Below are positions 39,601 to 52,600 of a stretch of DNA of 64,000 bases, piece after piece (within the stretch, counting starts at the first letter, position 1; each line of letters begins with the position of its first letter). A program made the position numbers and the translations under genes. The DNA is from Bugula neritina (lineage: Eukaryota; Animalia; Bryozoa), in NCBI GenBank assembly GCA_964035545.1, contig OZ037768.1, forward strand, positions 19,079,700-19,143,699. The letters run 5' to 3'. Under the pieces are notes generated by a model that worked only from the letters and a program-made list of their open reading frames with translations, ran no database searches and was not told the DNA's origin.

Positions 39601-42079
39601 ATAGTGATTTTTGAATCGTTGCTTTATGTACTTTCAGGGTCTGGGAACTGATGAGAAAATGCTGATAGAAATTCTGTGCCCAAGGACAAACGCTGACATT
39701 GACGTGATAAAGCAGGAGTATAAGCTATGTAAGTGCAGCTACCCATAGTTTACCATACTCTCAGACTAAATAGTAGGTTGGGAAGCAACAAGACATTTGT
39801 TATATTTGACTATGAAAATGACAATAAAATATATTATCAGAAGTATAAATGTTAGAAAAATAGGTATGCAAAATGTTGTTTAGTAGAAAGAAAAGGGAAT
39901 AATAGGACGTTTGTAGATGTGTACAATAGAGGCAGTTGCTCTAATTTTAACATTTTGTATAGAGGGAAGTAGTTTTAAAATTTGCAAACACTATTAAATA
40001 TTGAGACAGCTAATGTTTTAGGCATTAAACAGTTTTTACAAGACTGAAACAGTCACCCACAGTGAGTCTAGCTTCAGTAATACTTATTCTTTCACTTGTT
40101 TATATTTGTATGAAGCTAACTAAATAATATTGCAGTATACATAGGAAGCTGACTAACCAATAATATCGCAGTATATGAAGCTAACCAATAATATCGCAGT
40201 ATATGGAGCTAACCAATAATATTGCAGTATATGAAGCTGACGTGTCAAAGGTGGTTGAAAGTGAGCTGTCGGGGGATTTTAAAAGAGTTATTGTTGCTCA
40301 GTTGGAGGGAAACAGAGAAGAAACCGACATTGATATGGAGAAAGTAGAGAAAGATGCACAGGACCTATATGATGTGTGTATACAGTATACACTAATGTCG
40401 TTGGCTGGGAACAAGCTTTTAATATGTTGAATTAAGATCCTTATAAGATATATGCACTTATTCAATTTGTCATGTTTTAGCCATACTCAATATATAGCCA
40501 AGTAATTTAAAATTTGTCATACGTTGACATTTTTATTACAAATACAATAGTTTTTTAATGTCACATTCATATAGTTTTAAAAGAATAATTTACAAAATTA
40601 CGGTAATTTTACAAATTTATTGATTTCTTTGACACTGACTAATAAATATTTCAAAGTCTATGTTTTTTAATTAAGAATGACCAATAGTTCTTGCAATTGT
40701 TAGGCTGGAGAAGCTATTGTGGGTACCGATGAAAGTGTGTTCAATAAAGTGCTGTGTATGAGGAGTTTTCCTCACATGGCTGAAGTATTTGAAAGATATA
40801 AAACTGTAGCTGGCAAAAGCATATCTGACAGCATAAAGTCTGAAACTTCTGGTCTCTTCCAAGAATCTCTCTTAGCGATAGGTGAGTTACTTTATTCCGT
40901 AAGTTAGGGAGAGAAAAAGAGGCTGAAAAAAATAGAGTTCACTATAATATGGGTAAAGCTAGCATATTCTAGAATATAGTGACGGTTAACTATGAATGTG
41001 GAGCTGGAGTGTGGTAGAGGCTTGTGAAATGGTGGCCGATATATTATGTTGTGTATGAAATGTCTTCAGATACACATCAAACACAGTAAAACACCTTCAG
41101 CTTGTATAAATAGAGGACAACTCCTTATAGATTGCTTAGCAACAATATTGGGAATATGACCGTCTGTTATAGAATCTGGCATTATTCAAGAAATGACTTT
41201 CCAGAACTTTGACTGCAAAAGATTGCAGTTGGATTATTTTGCAAAAAGATTAAAATATAATTAAAAAAAATTAATTAAATTAGCTCCATTTTATTCGATT
41301 GTGTGTGTCAAACCTCTGATACAGAAAAATATAGACCAAGAAATTAATTTTAAGCCATAAGTGTAGATTATTGCTTGAAGAAATCACTGGAACTTCTCAA
41401 TCCAACTGTGTAGTCGTAACTCGGCTGTATTTAATGGAAGCCAAAATAAACTATGTTTCTTCTATTTTAGTTGATTGCACTATTGACCTGCCCGCATTCT
41501 ATGCAGAAAGGTTGCATAAAACAATGGCCGGAGCTGGAACTGATGATGATCAGCTAATAAGACTCTTGGTATCACATTCTGAGGTTATTATTATAGCTCA
41601 ACAAATTGATACATTTCTATAGCAGTAATTCTTAGTCACCTGCTTCAGTTATTTATATTATCAGTTTAATTTGCTGTTAAGATAGGCGTTTTAGATAAAG
41701 GAATTAAAATGCCCTTCTTTGTTGTGGGATGTGCACAATACAGGCCTAAAAATTAGCCGCAGTTTCAATTAATTATTGCTGGTAGTAATTTTTTCAGCCC
41801 TGCATGTTTTTCTGATGGATAAAGGAAATAATCTCGACACAACTAGCTTCAGTAAAACAATCAGCTATTACTGCTATTGTAATGAACACCCTCTATTTTC
41901 CATTGCTTGTCGTCATAATAATATTCTATCTATTTTGTTAGACTGATTTGGCAGATATAAAAGAAGCCTACTTTAAGAAATACGACAAATCTCTTCGTCA
42001 AATGATCTCGGAGGACACGAGTGGTGATTACAAACGTCTGCTTTGTGCCATCGTAGAAGGGAGCGTAACTCCCCCATAA
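36609..42079 (+). CDS. Annexin (four annexin repeats, short N-terminus), 9 exons, 324 aa
   Basis: Exons 36609-36632, 37458-37533, 37926-38020, 38850-38963, 39638-39728, 40228-40373, 40704-40881, 41471-41583, 41942-42079 (975 nt). Endonexin folds [30 protein letters not shown] and [10 protein letters not shown], with acidic caps SELSG, SELSGD, SETSG and EDTSGDY. AATAAA at 42222. Confidence 0.95.
40107..40238 (+). repeat. ~28-bp tandem repeat x4 containing the branch point and acceptor of annexin exon 6
   Basis: Unit TATATGAAGCTAACCAATAATAT(C/T)GCAG; AGs end at 40135, 40171, 40199 and 40227. Confidence 0.92.
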
Positions 42080-42344
42080 CTTAATACTACTTAAACTGTT
42101 GCATTATTTTTTCACTAAGACTTGGACAAAGTTTTTCAGTAAATTAACACATTTATGTATGTATATTATGTACAAGAAAGATAGCTTACTTGTATATATT
42201 TAATTTATACACTGTCAATTTAATAAATGATTTTCTATATTAATTCAATGAAATATTTATACAATAATTGGTGATCTACTATATAGATAACCTCTTTCAA
42301 AATAAAAAAAATGTTACAAAATTCATGCATTGGTTTATATATTC

Positions 42345-42718
42345 ACCCTCCATTATATATACACCCCTAGTATGTATGCACCCTTATTATATTATATACA
42401 CCCCTCTTATATATACACCCTATTATATATACACCCCTATTATATACACACCCCTATTTTATATACACTCATTTTTTATATGCACGCCTATTATATATAC
42501 ACCCCTATTGTATATACACCCCTCTTATATACACACCCCTATTTTATATACACTCCTATTTTATATGCACCCCTATTATATATTCACCCCTATTATATAA
42601 CCACGCTTATTATATATGCACCTCTACTATATATACACCTCTATTTTATCTCCACCCCTATTTTATACACACCCCTATTTTATATGTACCCCTATTATAT
42701 ATACACCCCTTATTATAG
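42345..42718. repeat. Degenerate ~17-19-bp minisatellite (ACACCCCTATTATATAT)n downstream of the annexin poly(A) signal
   Basis: Directly visible; source of the spurious YIYTP-rich ORFs. Confidence 0.9.
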
Positions 42719-43350
42719 GTCCACGCAATCACAGTAATTGCTTAATCTTCAACAAAAGTTTCTTCAAGTAGATAATTGAAGCACTGCTTAACCTGAGTAA
42801 GAGAATTAAAGTTTTAATCACAGTTCATAGTTTCTCAGTGAATTTGTAGTAATGCAGAATTTAAAATCTCACTTGATACATACTAAGAGTAAATATCTAA
42901 ACATTGTCTGTGATGTACGAATTAGAGTCTGAGCTGTTGACTGAAAGTCGGGTCTTGTCTAGTTACCTTCATATTGTAGCTTGCATATGGTGCATGTAAT
43001 TCTGCTCATTGAAGTACCTATTCAGCATCAATTCTTATTCCTAATCTTTTTAAAAGAATATTAGTTACGTTGTGTTATAAGTTATGTGACAGTATTTTGT
43101 AGAAGAAATGTATATTGAGTCATACTTATGAAAGCTAGCTTTGCTCATACCTGTAAACTATACTTCAGTTTGCTGAATTTGCATAGCTGCTTTAGTGTAC
43201 AGATGAAATGACAATTGCTATGCCTCTCCAGGCCTGGGTAAGCTCACCCATTCTAAGCTATGTACATATTATGTATAGCAACATCAAGCTGAAATTGCGT
43301 ATTTTTGCAAAAATGTATTTTAAACATAATATTTAGATACTGCCAATTTT

Positions 43351-43432
43351 CTGACTTGGTAAATGCAAGGTTAGTGATTTGGTGATGTTAAAAAGGCATT
43401 CAGTCATAATTTCTTCTGTGCCACAAATGAGA
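43351..43432 (+). mobile_element. Partial SINE copy
   Basis: GGTGATGTTAAAAAGGCATTCAGTCATAATT matches the core of the SINE at 23546. Confidence 0.55.
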
Positions 43433-43790
43433 AACAAGTTCTTAGCCTGGCTCACAAACTGCTACCATCAAGATGGAGACTTTGAAACACTAACTGAAGT
43501 TTTGTGTGTGTGTGCAAGTGTTAGTTTATGTGTAGGCGTGCGTGTGTGTTAATGGGCTTGTGTGTAAATAGTATAGCTTTATTAAAATAGAAGTTTAGAA
43601 AACCAGAACTTTACTATTTGACAGACACAAGACAATGTGAAAAGCCTTTGACAATTGTAACTAATTTATTACTAACTTAGCTAGATTTACAATAATAATT
43701 TACGAAAATGTAATGCTGCTTCCACAAATTTATACCAGCTTAACTACATTTACATTAATTGAACTATTTTTTTGGAAAAACAGTATTTTA

Positions 43791-46062
43791 TCAAATACCA
43801 ATAACTTCAACTTCAAACAGATGTAGGAGTGTAGTGGTGTTTAACAGAATCTGTACAAATTGACCTCTGATTGGTTGTTTACACGTGACTAGAGTGTAGA
43901 ATTGGTTAAGAACTCCTTCAAAATAATAGCACAAAACTTCAGGGTTGGTTCCAGTGAATTCAATTTCTTCTTCTGTCATGGCAACTGTAACCTCAGCATT
44001 AGCAGTCCTTTTCCACAGATCTTTATTCTTGTACGTAGCTAAAAGTATTCATTACAATAAATGTGCAAATTTGATAATAATTCTGTTAAATGGACACTTT
44101 TTATTTTTCACAGTTTTTAGGTTTAAAAAGACTTTAAGATTTGTAATTATATAATGAGTTTAGATTTGTGTAACGGCAGCTTTTTAACAGTGTTGTGTTT
44201 GTTGATAATAATACTTTTATAACAATGGAAGCTGTTTTTAACATTTTCTTAGGTGTTTGTTGGTTTACTAAATGATATTCACTTCTAAAATTGCAAGTGC
44301 CAGACACAAACACAAACAGATCAACACACATAAACTTACAATTTCCTCTGTTGAGAATTTCTACTGCCCAGACACAGTGAATATCCACCAGATCCACCCT
44401 CCACCAGGGTCTGTATTCTAATTGGCTGTGTGCCATAGAACTTTGGTCACCAGTAGGTATATACACACCATCAACAGCTTCTGATGCATAGAACTTATTT
44501 GGTTTATAGTAACTTGAAAGCTTGGCTGGTTTTCCTTGGAAGAAGATAATTAATAAAGATTTAAGAGTACAATTGTTTGAAAAAACTATATTGACATTTA
44601 GCATCATACATGTACATACTGGTGACACAACATTTCAAAAATGACATGTGGAAAACATTTATTTGGAAAACGGACAATTCACCAATAGACAACTGGAAAA
44701 TAGACAATTAGAAAATGGGCATTTGGAAAATACACATTTGAAAAGTGTCATTTGGAAAAGGAAAAATATTAAACATGGACTAGTCTTGAGGGGGCGTTCT
44801 GCACCTGGTTGGGTCCAAAATAGCTTTTTGTAAATATGTGCAATTTAAAATTGAAACTATTCGGTAACTTGTTTTACTTTCATGATAGGCCTAACTGATT
44901 TAGACTTTATATTTATTGTTGAAAGCTATTTTGGACCTGGCCAGATTCTGACCGCCCCTCCAGGCTAGTCCATGTTTATTATTTTTCATTTTCCAAATGT
45001 CCATTTAATAATTGTCTATTTCCCAATTGTCTATTGGTGAATTGTCCATTTTCCAAATAAGTGTTTTCCAATTGACATTTTCCAATAGTCGTGGATTCGT
45101 ATATACTATTTTACATGTTATGTTGAGGCTATAGTTAATCTATTGAAGAAGTAAACCAAATAAAAATTTAGTACAACAGAGCAACAGACAATAAAAATAA
45201 TTTGGTCTTTTAAAAAGGCTTATACAAAACAACTTTGGCTATTTTCAATCAAGATTTTACCTTGTAGTTATGTATGTAAGCAAATGTACACAAGAGATCT
45301 AGAAACAGATTCACTGTTACCTCTGGCCAAAAGTGTTTTGGGAGGCACAATGATCTTCTCCAAGATGTGAATAGAGTAGAGAGAATCATTTCCTTTCCAC
45401 TCAGCGAACAGGTTGGGATTCACACACTCTTTCAGAAAGCATCTTTTAGTTTGGTCATTATAAACCATTCCCTGGCATTTGTTATCTTCTGTACACTTGG
45501 CTGCACAGATGATGGCATTTTGACTGAACATTGAGTCACCTTCCATATAACTCTTTGCTTGCTTGTTTGTCATGCTGTATCTCTCAAATATGTTGGTCTG
45601 AAGAGTACTACCACTCTTGACAGGTGCTACAAGGTGCACTAAAACTGAAATAAAAAAGAGACACTGCAGTTGATGTTGCACAGGCATTGAAAGTGTTTTG
45701 CGACGGAAGCATACAAATTTTGCTAGCTGTCATATAATTTAATTTAGAAAAAACAATTTTTTTTTGAAGACACGATCATTCCACACGCAATAATTTGCAA
45801 AAACTATATAAAACTACTAGGACCTTTTCTTGGTTCTTGAAGTTGTGCATTTTTGAATAAATAAACACTTATCTAAGACTATAAAATGAAAAATACATAT
45901 ACACTCCTATTAGCGTGCACAACGTTGCAAGCCTGTATAATTTCAGCAATAACTTGCGTATACAGCTACAAAAAAGTTTTCTCCTAAAAAGATGTCTTTT
46001 TCTTTTCTTTTTTTTTTCACGTACGTACCTGTAAAATAGAAGTAAGTTTGTAAAAGTGGCAT
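43791..46062 (-). CDS. Secreted PAN/apple domain + F-type (fucolectin, F5/8C-like) lectin, 4 exons, 266 aa
   Basis: Exons 46062-46029, 45644-45321, 44534-44340, 44038-43791 (801 nt, phase-1 junctions). Signal peptide MPLLQTYFYFTVLVHLVAPVKS. PAN pattern CAAKCTEDNKCQGMVY...CFLK. F-type lectin hallmarks: LLARGKPAKLSS, AVDG, H-X26-R, PWWRVDL, C..PIRGQFVQI, LHLFEVEV. Confidence 0.85.
44621..45098. mobile_element. Foldback/Mutator (MULE)-type non-autonomous element, 478 bp, in lectin intron 2
   Basis: ~200-bp imperfect inverted arms built from ~15-bp subrepeats (TTGGAAAATAGACAA). 9-bp target-site duplication with one mismatch: GTACATACT (44612-44620) and GTATATACT (45099-45107). Confidence 0.85.
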
Positions 46063-46318
46063 TGCGTAGCAAGTGCTTTCCTGATCAAAACTTTTGGGTT
46101 TATGTCACAACTGAATGAGAGGTTCTTGTTTTCTTTGAATCTAAAAATAAATTAATACTCTATTCATTTTACCTTTTTGTTAACAAACTTAGAGTGTAAA
46201 TATTATCAATACATATAAATATTTACATTTATGTTAAACAAACCCAACAAAGTATTTTTCTAGCAGTTTTTGAACACTAAGTAACACTACAGGTTTCAAC
46301 AACTAAGCTTAACACAAT

Positions 46319-46500
<182 letters not shown>

Positions 46501-49500
46501 AGCCATTGCAGTTACCAAAATTATCCGACTACTTAAAAAAATTATAAATGATTATGCAGAGGCTACCTTCAGTTATGCATTAAAAGTATAAACTAAACTA
46601 ATAATAAACTATTTTATACTCTACTTGTAAATCGCACCTCTATTTCTTTATCTGTTTTCAGAATTGAATAAATATTTTAATGAAAAATATAATTCTTTTA
46701 AAATCTCATTTGCATGATCTCCAATCTAAGTAAGCAGAATAAGCTTTGTATTCCATTGATAAATTTGATTTCAAATTAAATTTTCGTTTGCAAATGATAA
46801 ATTCAAGCTCAATCAACTGTTAAGGAAACAAAATCTTTCAAATTTCCTTCCATATATTAATAAAAGAAAAATTACAATATAATCTGACACTTTATATATA
46901 TTGATGGAGTCTACTACAATCTATTAATATATAATATTCTCATTTAATTTTTTCTTTCATACTTAAATTGAATATTGATTGCAGAAAGATGAACAAACTT
47001 TAATTAAAGTTTGTAACAAACTTTCACAAATGCTCTCCAGCTAAAATTCTGATTGTCCATGTTAGCAGATTTTATTAATTTAAAATATTACATAAAACCA
47101 AAATACTTCATTTAGCTATAATATCAAATATAATAACTTTGAGATTGTATAGGTTCTGCATGTAGAGGACATAAGTTTTTAATTGATGTGCTTTTAACCA
47201 TAATAATCGACAAACCATAATTTTTAGAAACTTCTGTAGAAAATATCAACAAAACAAAAAAATACTTTGTTTTTCATCTGTAATTGGTTATCCTTCCAAA
47301 TGTTCATACATGCAATCACTTCATTTATTCACAGCTTTTTTTTATTGTGCTGCTAATCTATAGGAAAAGCTTGATGCTATTACACGTTATCAAAAAAAGT
47401 ATTTTTCTAGCAATTTTTAAATGCTGGGCAATGCTACTGGCTTGAACTGTGACACATAACATAATTATGACCATTAAGCTATTGGAGATCACAAAATTAT
47501 TCAACATACTAAAAAAATTATAAGTGATTATTTAGAGTTTCCCTTTAGTTGAGTATTTAAACTATTTTATACTGTACCTGTAAGTCACACCACGTTTACT
47601 GTATCTGTTCTAACTTTGAATGACCAGCATAGGTGTTTCTTGCAGCCTTTTAGGATCTCATCTGAAGCTCAATACATGCAACCAGAATAAATCTTGAATT
47701 CTATTCATTCATTTGATCATAAATTTAAGTTTATATCTTAGATGATGAATCTAAGCTCAATAAATTGATTAAAGAACTAAATCTTGCAATAAATCCTTTC
47801 ATGCTTTCATCGAAGAAAAAATACAATGAACTCAATACTTCATACATGGAATAAAATATTATATTGCATATAATATAGTTGATCGCTACAATCTAGTAAT
47901 TTAGAACATTTTATTTCATTTTTCTTTCATATTTTGATGAAATATTGATTGCTTCACTGAAACTTAAAGTTGATGATAAAATTTTTACTATAATGCTCTT
48001 ATTAAAAATCGTTTTCACCTTCTTATTTTCACTTCTTTATTCAGAGTTTTTTACTGATAGTTGATAAAAAAATACACATGATTTTCTTTGTATAATCATA
48101 AATGTTATATTTTTCAAACTTTTATTCTACAAATATTTAAACTATTTAAATGTCTTTAAGAAATTGGGTTGATTTTAGAAATAATTCTTATAAACACTGC
48201 TATATGATATGAAACTAAATGCATGCTATTTTATGCAAACAAGGACTAAAGTCTACGTTATTTAGTTTTGAATTCCATTCAATTCTGAAAATCAGATTTA
48301 TTTGGGCTGCACCTCATGTGGTACGTATATATAGTAGTGTATGTCACAGGTATAGTATAAGGTAGTGTATATGTCACAGGTATAGTATAAAATAGAGTAT
48401 GTCACAGATATATAATGTATAAATTAAGTATGTAATAAGTACCAGATATAAAACAACTATATCTTCTATTTTCAGATCTTGGGCAATTGAAAATTATGTA
48501 TGGTGGAGATGTTGTTCAGATTCTAATAATTCAAAACTCACTAATAGAAAAATGTCCAAAGTACATGATATGAAAGTGTTTTAATTACAACCAAGGCAAA
48601 CAAATCTGTCACATATAGTTTCAAGATCTATTAGGCTTGTTTCAAGAGAGGCTCCAACAAATACCAAAAATAGCCAATTCTTTGAAATGTTTTTAAATAA
48701 CACTTGGCCTTTGAAAAAAATCTTATTTGTTAAAAGAAATGCTTGAAAATAAACAACTTCCTTGAAATATCTTTTCTTTTATATTTTCAATAATATTTAA
48801 TAAAGAAACTGCTAATTTTCTCAACAGACAAATTTTGCAAAAATTATATTATGTTTAGACTTTTTTTTGTTTTTGCAAGTAATGAAACATGAACAAGAAC
48901 AACAATAAAGACTATTAAAATATTATACAGAGCAATGAAAATGCAGTAACAATAATATTAATGTGCAAAGCAACAGAAGAAGATGTCTGTAAAATAGCAA
49001 AAAAATTATGACCGGCATTGCTTAGCAAGTGCTTTTTGTGTTAATATGTCTCATCGTTGAGTTGCTTTCTTAGAATTATAACTGACTGTAAAAATCTTGT
49101 TTCTCTAAATATAAAAACAAATCATTTAAAACAACTTATTTTTCAGTAGCAAACTTGCTGCCTTTATTAAAACCAACCACAACAGACAATGTAAAAGATG
49201 ACACAATTATTATATTATGCATTATTTTATTCACTAGCAGTTTTGTGTTTATCTTTAAATAATTGTATTGCATGCAATAGCTGTCATAAATAATAGATTT
49301 ATACTTCATAAAACATTCTATGAGCACAAAACATACGTTTGTAAATTCAATCACAACGGTCTAAGAGTTTGAAAAAATTCATATAATGAAATTTTTAATG
49401 TAAATACTAAGTTTTCATGTATGTATAAAGAAGTAATAGAAGTAGCCTTACAAAGTATAACACAAATTAAATGTTTGGAATAATCGCTCTAAATGATGCA

Positions 49501-49614
49501 ACGTACACATTTAATTCAATTTTTTTATCATAGTGAAACTTTTCCACTGTTGTTAAGTGGTATAAATTTTGATTGCTGTTTTAGACTGTCATTTGTTGCT
49601 CCGTTGGCATTTCA

Positions 49615-52600
49615 CTATGTAGCTAGAACAACTGGCACAGCATCTTCTACAATATAAAATGGCGAGAATTTGAACAACTGCTTGCCCAACATAGTAGGCA
49701 AGAGGCAAAAGAAAATGAATGTATGAGATAATTGAGACAGAAAACATCTGTTAAACACCACATTAGGATGCTAAAATTAAAGAATGAATAATGTTGAATT
49801 GCAATTTAGAAATTCAATTTTATGTGTTGCATAATACTATTAATAATATTGTTATTTTGTTTTATTGAGTTTATTTATTTTTAGTTTTCTCTGTTTATTA
49901 TATCTGCAGATCAATTTGAATAAACTTACAGAAATGCACCACACATTCACCAGCTCTAACATCTACACCTACCAGCTCTAACATCTAGATTCTAGCTTTA
50001 ACATATACCTAACCAATAATTCTACACTATTATTTTTACACCTTATTGAAAAAAGCATTTCAATTTTTTTCGTTAGCAAATAATTTACTCTAGCAAACTT
50101 TTTAAAATAGATTGTACACTTTAAAAAAGTTGCTAGAAGAACTAAACATTACACAGCCGACTGTAGAATAAAAAATATTCTGGCAGTTTATTCAGTATTA
50201 AATCAGGAGTTTTCAAATGCATAAATTGCAGAATATTTTGTTAAACAATTTGATTGCCATGCAAAGTTGTAACAGATACAGTTCTTACTAGTGCATTTAT
50301 ATAACATAGATGCTTTATATAATTATAATACAGTTTCAACAGTGTTATTTTACCAGTAAGTAAATTTACAAGTTTGTACGGTGATATAAAGTTTGGACAC
50401 ATTTGGATGTTTCAAAATCTTTATCAAATGTCAAATTATGTTCGCAAAACACTATTTTACAAAGGCAATTCTTTAACATTGATGATGGCAATTACTCAGC
50501 ATGCAGTACCACTAACTGTGAATTTCAACACTCTCTGGAGATTACAGTTATCGATTTTATTACATCGTATCACAATTTGAATTAAATGTTGCATTCATTG
50601 GGAAGAGTATGTTACTAGCCATTCAGCATGTAACAAATAGCTATCTTGAACTTGTTTAATTGCAATTTTAATTTTTTTTTCAAGTTGTAAATGATAACGA
50701 CAATCAAGCTGAATTTAATCTTCAACCGTACATAAACTAGACATTGATACGCTACTTACTTCCTGTGTTACAGATTAATCTTTTAGTAGCTTACCTTGAG
50801 GCTGAGCCTTGTAGTGTACATCATGCTTAATTGCTTCCCTATTTTTCGTATCCCTACGCCTTTGATTTCCGCATATTTTGCAGCAGACACCAAAAATACA
50901 GATGAGCAGCAAGCTTCCAAAGACAATTCCTAAAATCCCTCCAGTTTTATTATTGCTAAAAATATAAATTATCAGTGTTAATGAAATTTCAATGCAAATA
51001 TCTTAGAACTTGCATCATCATAGAATAAAATCAGGTTTAAAAAAATTAATCAGTTCATAAGTGCAATTAGTCATGCTGGACTTTTTTGTTGATTTTACCA
51101 TATAATTAAATTTAGCAACGTTGGTATTTTACAAACTATTAAAAATGATTTTCTAAATTAGTTTGGATAATAAAATGTTTATTTAGACTGATTGAGTACA
51201 TGTTGTTGTTGATATGCACTTACACCTTTTTTAAATAATACTTTAAAAAGTGATCTTTTTAAAAGCCTTACTACAGTTATATCAGAAAAATACAATATTG
51301 TTTTCAATTACCCAGAACAGTGAAATGAACTAATAATCAACTAGCTAGCAGTTTTAAAAAACCAACAGTTAAACACAATAATGTGTATAAAATTTCTCTT
51401 TAGAGTTTATAGTTATATGAGATTGAGGGGGGAGTAGAATGCTATAGGCCTATTACTTTCTATTATACCTACAATATTCAAGTGATAATTTGCTTAATGA
51501 CTAGCTAGCAGTTAATACAACAATCGGTAAAGCTGTTCACTTCTGAAGTTGCGTTTATACTTCTAGCTGCTGAAAAAAGTATAACCAAGTTTCAGTTAAA
51601 TTTTAAGCTAAAATATCAACTTTCCTTTCAAAAGTCAGTAAAATACTCAGGCACAAGTGTTTTGTTGTATGAACTGCTTACCTTTTCCAGTACGAGCAGC
51701 AATATTCGTTGTCAGCAGACCCACAGCAGTACCTATCGGCAGCAGTGTCATCAACATCATAGGGGCAGACAAAGTATGTCAGCTTCTTTGTCTTAGAAAC
51801 AGTTCCATTGTCATAAGTGGCATACTTGTAAAGGTTTGTACAAATGTTTGGATCTGAAAAGCATATATGATAAGCATAATATTACATACAGTATTTTCCA
51901 CCACCTTTAATAATACATTAATTAAAATCTTTTCATGTAAAGTATGGCTAATTTAATAGGTTTGTACCAGAATTCACTGTTCAAATATTAATTTATTTTA
52001 TTTTGAAAATCTTTTTTTGTTTGCTCAACGTCCTGTCCACGCAATGACTTTGCTGAGGCGGAGGAACAACCAGGATCAAATGCCCTTCCTGATGTCACAA
52101 ATGGATATTCCTGGATTCTATTAATCCAGGATTTAATAATCACTAACCACTATTAGAGCATAGATCACAACTGCCCTCTATTGCTTTTACTTTCTAAAAT
52201 CAAGATTGGTAATGATGCCTTATCTATTCTGTGTTAAATGTTTATTTTTATCTTGCCCACACAACTTGCCTTTTACCAACGTATATTTGAAGACTGCAGA
52301 AATTCCCTCATGACGTTTCATTATGAGTTCTATTGAAACTGAGAGCAAAACACACTTGTTTTGCAGCTTTACTAAAAACCTTATAATAGGGTGAGCTATA
52401 AAATCAATAAAGCAACATTGACAAAAAAGAGCAATGGCAATTTTAGCAAAGCTAAAATGCTAATACTATCATTGCACACAACTATCAATTTACCAATAAT
52501 CTATAATCAATAATAATGTTTTCAATGATTATTACTGTTTTCTGAGCCATAAATTTAGTATTATCTTATAAACTCATTAACATGTAGCTTATCTGTAGAG

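Noticed and set aside
42268-42737. Tyr/Pro/His-rich ORFs resembling adhesive proteins
   Set aside because: They lie on a degenerate minisatellite with variable unit length, and have no signal peptide or splice support.
45645-45687. ATG at 45687 as the lectin start (MPVQHQLQCLFFIS)
   Set aside because: The segment contains a strong acceptor (CTCTTTTTTATTTCAG), and a phase-compatible upstream exon at 46062-46029 gives a better signal peptide. Not fully excluded.
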